IMG/VR virus record: IMGVR_UViG_3300032007_000033
Coordinates: 62,001-126,000 of that record
Source of the DNA: an uncultured virus (IMG/VR IMGVR_UViG_3300032007_000033)
Lineage: Duplodnaviria; Heunggongvirae; Uroviricota; Caudoviricetes
DNA: 64,000 nucleotides
Strand: one strand, 5' to 3'
A program made the translations under genes and the position numbers. Below the pieces are notes generated by a model that was not told the DNA's origin, ran no database searches, and saw only the letters and a program-made list of their open reading frames with translations. Below, piece by piece: positions 58,933 to 64,000 of the stretch. Positions within the stretch are counted from its first letter, which is position 1. The number at the start of each line of letters is the position of its first letter.

Positions 58933-60228
58933 ATGACAGAATCGGAAAGATTACTGAAAAACAACAAGATTTCTCAAACAAAACATGAAACTATTTCACG
59001 ACATGAAAAGATGAATTGTCGTACATATACTTTTAAAATACAAGAAAATTCATTAAACAATCAACAAAAAGAATTTCTTAAAATGATTTTCATTGAACAA
59101 AAATGGTTGAAAAATTATATTCTAAATTGGTGCGAGCAAGACAAAGAAAATAAATTGACCAAATTTGACACCAAAATTACAAAAATAACACATAAAGATA
59201 AAGTTATGAATGATGTTGAGGTAGAATTAAAATATCTATCCGCGCAATCAAAACAATGCCTTGTATCAAGAATGTATTCAAACATCAAAACTTTGCATAC
59301 CTTAAAATCTAAAGGATTACAAAAATGTGGAAAATTAAAATATTCAAAAGAAGAAAAAATAATTGATTTGAAACAATACGGATGTTCGCATAAAATTATT
59401 TCAAAAAATAGATTCAAAATAAGCGGATGTAAAAAACCATTCAAAGTAAATGGTATGAATCAATTTATAGAGATTCCAAACATAGAGTACGCCAACGCTA
59501 GATTGTTAAACCGAGCAGACGGATGTTATGTTCAATTAGTCTGTTACATTCCTAAAGAAAATAAAATTAAAAACGAAAAAATAAATAAAACCATAGGTAT
59601 TGATTTTGGTTGTTCTACATCTTTCACAACAAGTGAAGGTGAGAAAATTAATGTGTCAATTCAAGAAAGCGAGCGATTGAAGCGTTTGCAAAGGAAATTC
59701 GCTAGACAAACAAAAGGCTCAAAGAATTGGCACAAAACATTAGAATTAATCAAAAAAGAATACCAAAAACAAACCAATCGAAAAGATGATATTTCCAACA
59801 AAATTATTCACAAATTTTCACAATATAAAACGATTGTGATTCAAGACGAGCAATTAAAAAATTGGTCAAAAAATCATCATGGGAAGGCAATTCAACATTC
59901 AATTTTGGGAAGAGTGAAATCAAAATTAAAGACCAAAGAAAATGTCGTGATTTTGAGCAAAACTGTTCCCACCACAAAACTATGCACGAATTGTGGAGTT
60001 TATCACGATGAATTGAAAGTTTGGGATAGAACTTTCAAATGTGAATGTGGTGTTGAAATGGACAGAGATGTTCACGCTTCAAAAAACATGGTTTGGTTTT
60101 ATGAAAATAATGTAGGTGTGGAACGCACCAATATTAAGCGTGTGGAGATGGAAGCACTAGTTCTTGGGGTTATTCGTAACTCAAAGAACCAACTTGTGTC
60201 GAAGAAGCACGAAGCCTACTCCCTTTAG
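58933..60228 (+). CDS. tnpB: TnpB RNA-guided endonuclease
   Basis: GIDFG, LQRKFARQTKGSKNW, VIQDE, CTNCG..CECG, DRDVHA. Confidence 0.88.
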   Translation: MTESERLLKNNKISQTKHETISRHEKMNCRTYTFKIQENSLNNQQKEFLKMIFIEQKWLKNYILNWCEQDKENKLTKFDTKITKITHKDKVMNDVEVELKYLSAQSKQCLVSRMYSNIKTLHTLKSKGLQKCGKLKYSKEEKIIDLKQYGCSHKIISKNRFKISGCKKPFKVNGMNQFIEIPNIEYANARLLNRADGCYVQLVCYIPKENKIKNEKINKTIGIDFGCSTSFTTSEGEKINVSIQESERLKRLQRKFARQTKGSKNWHKTLELIKKEYQKQTNRKDDISNKIIHKFSQYKTIVIQDEQLKNWSKNHHGKAIQHSILGRVKSKLKTKENVVILSKTVPTTKLCTNCGVYHDELKVWDRTFKCECGVEMDRDVHASKNMVWFYENNVGVERTNIKRVEMEALVLGVIRNSKNQLVSKKHEAYSL

Positions 60229-60240
60229 GGAGTAGGTAGT

Positions 60241-60708
60241 TCACATCTCCAATCTTTCTTGCAAGTTTCTTCCCAACGCCTCCGCGCATTGGTAGAAGTC
60301 AAATGTCTGCGGTTGGCAAAATTTCAAATCTTCCTCCAAATCAAGAATCCCTTTTCTTCCAACCTTAACCTCCGCAATTTCCTTATCCAACTTGGAGCAG
60401 AACCATCGAGTATTGTCATAGGCTTTCTGCAAGGATTCGACCGCGTTGTTGATTTTGTTCTCATACGAGGCTTTCATCTCGTTAAACTTTTTCTCCGCTT
60501 GGAGCATGTCCTCGTTGTTCAACAAGTTGATTTCCGAAAGAAGGCTTTTTCCAACCTTGGGACAACAGTCCAACACCAACTCTCTAACCGCGTCAATTTC
60601 ATTGTTGAATGCAATCAAAGGAAACACGCCTTTAATTTCCGTAGTTTCCCTTCGTTTCTTGTCCTTTATTTTTTCTTCGCACCAAGCGATTATTTCCTCA
60701 TAACTCAT
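60241..60708 (-). CDS. hypothetical protein
   Basis: ORF with GGAGG SD; stop codon lies inside the IS right end. Confidence 0.55.
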   Translation of the reverse strand: MSYEEIIAWCEEKIKDKKRRETTEIKGVFPLIAFNNEIDAVRELVLDCCPKVGKSLLSEINLLNNEDMLQAEKKFNEMKASYENKINNAVESLQKAYDNTRWFCSKLDKEIAEVKVGRKGILDLEEDLKFCQPQTFDFYQCAEALGRNLQERLEM

Positions 60709-60946
60709 ATGTTTTCCTCCATAAATCGTTTCTCTTCATTTTTCGCTCGTCGCCACGCAAGCGACATCTCCATGCTCTTTCTTCAAAGACTCAATTTCCT
60801 TGATTATGGTGGGAATCCTTCTCCTAACGAATGTTCCGAGAAATCCGTCATCAAAGCGGACACCGCAAGAACAGACAACTTTTCCCTCGGCCTTTTCAAG
60901 CCATTCATCATATGAATATTTGGCGACTCTTCCCATTCAACAACTC

Positions 60947-61864
60947 CTAGAAATCGAACAATTCCTTTTTAGTCTGACTGTCCGCGACCTTTACGCAAGC
61001 GCAACCTCTTTTCTTGAATTCCTCTAAAAAGGACTTCCTCTTATCGTCATAAAAGTAGACGATTTCCGCCCCTTCCATTCCATCGAATGTTCCGTCGAGA
61101 ATGTAGCGAACATGCAGAAAGTTCTTGTAGTCGAACGGATAGGATTGAATCCCCAAATCGTGGCAACCAAAACACATGTCGTCCTCGTTTCTAGTTCCTC
61201 CGCATATCGCCTCGATGTAGAATTTATCCTTGTCGATGTAGGGCTTCAACGCGTCAATAATTCCCTTTCTGTCCAACTCGGACTCCACGACCAATATTCT
61301 GTGCGGTTTCTCGATGCAGTCCTTTCCCAAGTACCTAGCGGAAATCAATGAGCGGTTTATCCATTTGGATATGTTCTTTCCGTTGCTTCCGTCGCGAGAG
61401 TCGTAAATCTTGAACGGATATGACACCGAGTAAGGGTCTACTCCTTTCGGCAAATTCGTCTTCAAACACTCGCAACCCTTGGTGTATTTCTTCATCTCCT
61501 CTTTCATGACTTTCCATGTCGGACGACTCTTGTAGTAGTTCTTCAACTTGAAGTGGGCGGTCTTACAGTAATATTTTTGTCCGTCGTTCAACATGACTTC
61601 TCCGCAGAAATCGTTGAGGTGGACGCCTATTCCCATTCCTTGGTAGTCAGGCAACACGACAAGCCTATGACCCATGTAAAAATCACGAATGTCTCCGTTC
61701 GGCAAGAGCAACATCGCCCTAAAACCGACCAATATATCGCCCCAATAGCATATGAACACTCGGCAAGGAGCCAAATTCGCCTCTTGGGTCAAATAATGAT
61801 ATTGCCTAAATATTTTCCAAAGGCCTTCCTTCTTTGAGTTGTCCGCGACCTCGTAGACGGACAA
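60947..61864 (-). CDS. GNAT-family acetyltransferase (probable C-terminal half of an ABC-ATPase-GNAT fusion)
   Basis: WKIFRQYHYL, HRLVVLPDYQGMGIG acetyl-CoA-binding motif. Confidence 0.85.
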   Translation of the reverse strand: MSVYEVADNSKKEGLWKIFRQYHYLTQEANLAPCRVFICYWGDILVGFRAMLLLPNGDIRDFYMGHRLVVLPDYQGMGIGVHLNDFCGEVMLNDGQKYYCKTAHFKLKNYYKSRPTWKVMKEEMKKYTKGCECLKTNLPKGVDPYSVSYPFKIYDSRDGSNGKNISKWINRSLISARYLGKDCIEKPHRILVVESELDRKGIIDALKPYIDKDKFYIEAICGGTRNEDDMCFGCHDLGIQSYPFDYKNFLHVRYILDGTFDGMEGAEIVYFYDDKRKSFLEEFKKRGCACVKVADSQTKKELFDF

Positions 61865-62523
61865 CTCAATTCTTTTTTTAGTTCAACTCCTCGGCAATCA
61901 TAAACCTTCTCGTCGTCCAAGTCCACCACAATATCAGGTTCCATATAGTCTATATAATCCTTGTGGCAAGAGCAGAAAACGACCTTCTTCAAATTGTGCT
62001 TGACGATATACTTCTTCACTCCGATTACTGTGGAAATCGCCACATTTCTGTCTACGGTTGATGTGAACTCATCGAAACACATCTCCGACTGAATGTTCAA
62101 GGCCAAGTCCGCCCTAAAGCCCTCGCCCACAGAGAGCACATTTCTAGGACGGCACCAAGTAGGGACGGTGGACAATCCGACCGAAGCCAATCTGTCCATG
62201 CAATCCTCCTTGTCAGTGAAGTCGAAGTTGGAAATCACGGACTTGGAGCAATCATATTTCTTGATTTTCTTCTCGAAGAAAGGAAATTCCTTGAGAAGTT
62301 GGGATTTTCCCGCTCCGCTTCGACCGCAAATCACGCAAGTGCGATAGTCAATCTCGTTCAAAACCTTCGGCAGTCTATAAGGATAGAATTTACTCTCTCC
62401 CACGAATTCATAGTCAAAATAAGATTGTGCCAACTGAGTGTATTCATCGCACGGAATCTTTGAAACCAAAGGCTCGTCCTTGCGTTGCAGAGAGCACAAA
62501 ACTTTGCAATCTTGATAGTTCAT
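61789..62523 (-). CDS. ABC-type ATPase
   Basis: GRSGAGKS, LSVGEGFRA, FDEFTSTVDR, CSCH. Confidence 0.9.
   Translation of the reverse strand: MNYQDCKVLCSLQRKDEPLVSKIPCDEYTQLAQSYFDYEFVGESKFYPYRLPKVLNEIDYRTCVICGRSGAGKSQLLKEFPFFEKKIKKYDCSKSVISNFDFTDKEDCMDRLASVGLSTVPTWCRPRNVLSVGEGFRADLALNIQSEMCFDEFTSTVDRNVAISTVIGVKKYIVKHNLKKVVFCSCHKDYIDYMEPDIVVDLDDEKVYDCRGVELKKELSCPSTRSRTTQRRKAFGKYLGNIII
61834..61879 (-). promoter_or_regulatory. putative -1 ribosomal frameshift signal
   Basis: A AAA AAA G followed by a perfect 12-bp stem TTGAGTTGTCCG/CGGACAACTCAA. Confidence 0.7.
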
Positions 62524-62876
62524 TCAATTTTCTCCTTGAATGAAAGGAGTTTATCACATTGATTTGGTTTTTGTCAAGGAAAAATTGCAAAAAAAAGACG
62601 GCCACCCAAGACCGCCTTTCCGCGAATTCGAGAAAAGTTATTCCTCGTCTTTAACTTCTTCCGAAGTTTCGGTCTGTTCCTCAACCTTTTCTTCGATTAC
62701 AGTTTCCTTCGTCTCAACCTTTTCTTCCTTTTTAGGCTCAACAATCGGAGTTTCCGCAACTTCCTCTTTTTCCACGATGGGAAGGGTGCTTGAGAAACTT
62801 ACAACCTCTCCGTCCAAAGAAACTTTGTTGGTGTTCTTCATGAAATCATTAACCATTTTCCATTCCTCCTTAAAAA

Positions 62877-63338
62877 TTAATCTATATATCCAAAAGCCTT
62901 CATTCGACTCTCGACTTCCGCGGAATTCGAGCACATCACGACGAAATCGCTCAAGCCTCCGTCCGAAAAATAAACTCCTTCGTCTCCAAAATATACTTCC
63001 TCGAACGATTCCGCAGAATACAAGACGAACTCGTTGTCTCCGTCGTTGAACGAAATGCTCTCCCCCTCAAACCCTTCGACCGCTTCCACTGTCGGCGACC
63101 ATATGTTGGTTATGTTGCTCGATTCGTCGACATAGGAAACTCCGTCAACCTCGATTCCGTCGAATAAACTCAAAAACTCGCAATTTGTCATGTGTTTCGT
63201 GATTCTTTCGCTCATTTTGAATTCCCCAATCAATCGATGAATTTCTTTCCGCCTTCCCAATAGTCGGAGGAAACCATCACTCCCACGGTGAACCTTCCTT
63301 CGAAATTGAGGGAAACTTGCTTGGCAACTTTGGCGCAC
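62877..63338 (-). CDS. hypothetical acidic protein
   Basis: ORF; probable start MSERITKH. Confidence 0.45.
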   Translation of the reverse strand: MRQSCQASFPQFRRKVHRGSDGFLRLLGRRKEIHRLIGEFKMSERITKHMTNCEFLSLFDGIEVDGVSYVDESSNITNIWSPTVEAVEGFEGESISFNDGDNEFVLYSAESFEEVYFGDEGVYFSDGGLSDFVVMCSNSAEVESRMKAFGYID

Positions 63339-63706
63339 TTGGAGTAACTTTCGAATTCATTGATTTGTCCGCACATCTCGTCGCCGACTTGAACGCCTTC
63401 GTCCAAGTCCATCACATAAAACATCGCTCCGACGGAAGCGGATTCCTTGATTTCCTCGCCTTTGAACAACTTTGTTTCCACTTCATCTATAAATTTGTAT
63501 AGAGTTTCCCTCATCTCGTCGTCCAACGGCAAGGTCTCCACTATGTCGTCCGCCACAGACTCGATTTCGTCGAAGGGGTATTGGGGCTTCGTTCCTTTCT
63601 TCAAGTTCTTCGCCACCTCCTCAAGAATTTGGCAGTCCACTATCACAAAGTCTTCGTCCGTGTGGCTATAGGCGAAATCAATCACTTCCTTGATTCCCAT
63701 AATCAA
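63230..63706 (-). CDS. hypothetical acidic protein
   Basis: ORF; internal IKES linker. Confidence 0.5.
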   Translation of the reverse strand: MIMGIKEVIDFAYSHTDEDFVIVDCQILEEVAKNLKKGTKPQYPFDEIESVADDIVETLPLDDEMRETLYKFIDEVETKLFKGEEIKESASVGAMFYVMDLDEGVQVGDEMCGQINEFESYSKCAKVAKQVSLNFEGRFTVGVMVSSDYWEGGKKFID

Positions 63707-63982
63707 CTACCTCGCGAGATAAAAGCCTAGAACATCGGCTCTGAACGAATATGTGGCCTTGAGTTGCAAAATGTTGTCGTTAGCCAAACAAACTTCAATC
63801 AAGCCGTCGTAAGCCCAAACATGTTGAACCTCCAACTTGGCCACAGAAACAATGTCCTCTATGAGGTTTTCCAAATCATTGATGTATTTTATCTTTTTAA
63901 AATCCGACTCCAAATCCGCCAAATTCTCGTCGTAACATTTGAAATCTTCAAATTTAATGTCTTGATTGTAAAGTTTCATCAC
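63707..63982 (-). CDS. hypothetical protein
   Basis: ORF with AGGAGG SD. Confidence 0.5.
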   Translation of the reverse strand: MMKLYNQDIKFEDFKCYDENLADLESDFKKIKYINDLENLIEDIVSVAKLEVQHVWAYDGLIEVCLANDNILQLKATYSFRADVLGFYLAR

Positions 63983-64000
63983 GCTCTATCCCTCCTTAAA

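Larger units (their letters stand above)
58398..60244. mobile_element. IS605-type element (divergent tnpA and tnpB)
   Basis: Left hairpin GCCACCC-TTTA-TGGTGGT (58407-58424), right hairpin CCTACTCCC-TTTA-GGGAGTAGG (60215-60236) ending TAGTTCAC; left boundary approximate. Confidence 0.85.

Noticed and set aside
1..64000. Stop-codon reassignment as in some gut jumbo phages
   Set aside because: Core genes are full length in code 11, and TAG, TGA and TAA all end genes.
1..64000. CRISPR array or tRNA genes
   Set aside because: No regularly spaced direct repeats or cloverleaf with a T-loop were noticed by eye; tRNAscan and a CRISPR finder would be needed to exclude them fully.

Overview
A 64-kb segment of a large, AT-rich, T4-like (myovirus-type, probably jumbo) phage genome in standard genetic code, with mostly minus-strand genes. 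Virion genes are dispersed rather than clustered: major capsid, tail sheath, tail tube, putative tail terminator, scaffold-like protein, terminase large subunit and probable internal head proteins. Replication and repair genes include primase, a PIF1/RecD-like helicase, a DnaC-like ATPase, an SSB-like protein, an Mre11/SbcD-like nuclease, dUTPase and RtcB. There are seven DNA methyltransferases, an ABC-ATPase/GNAT pair, two TnpB loci (one in an IS605 element) and at least five free-standing endonuclease genes. The most striking observation concerns three paralogous zinc-finger-repeat PD-(D/E)xK nuclease genes. Each is preceded by a ~70-nt three-way-junction RNA whose two loops are complementary to a hairpin loop in that gene's own leader and to that gene's own ribosome-binding site, and the sequences covary between the copies, suggesting cognate antisense sRNA/nuclease cassettes. 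Other notable signals are a -1 frameshift cassette fusing the ABC ATPase to the GNAT, poly-G tracts in two methyltransferases (one currently out of frame), a shared C-terminal D-[IL]-F-x-L tail on the DNA-modifying enzymes, and a window-wide YAACTATTT promoter-like motif that also precedes both tnpB genes. All calls come from reading motifs by eye; no database searches were run.
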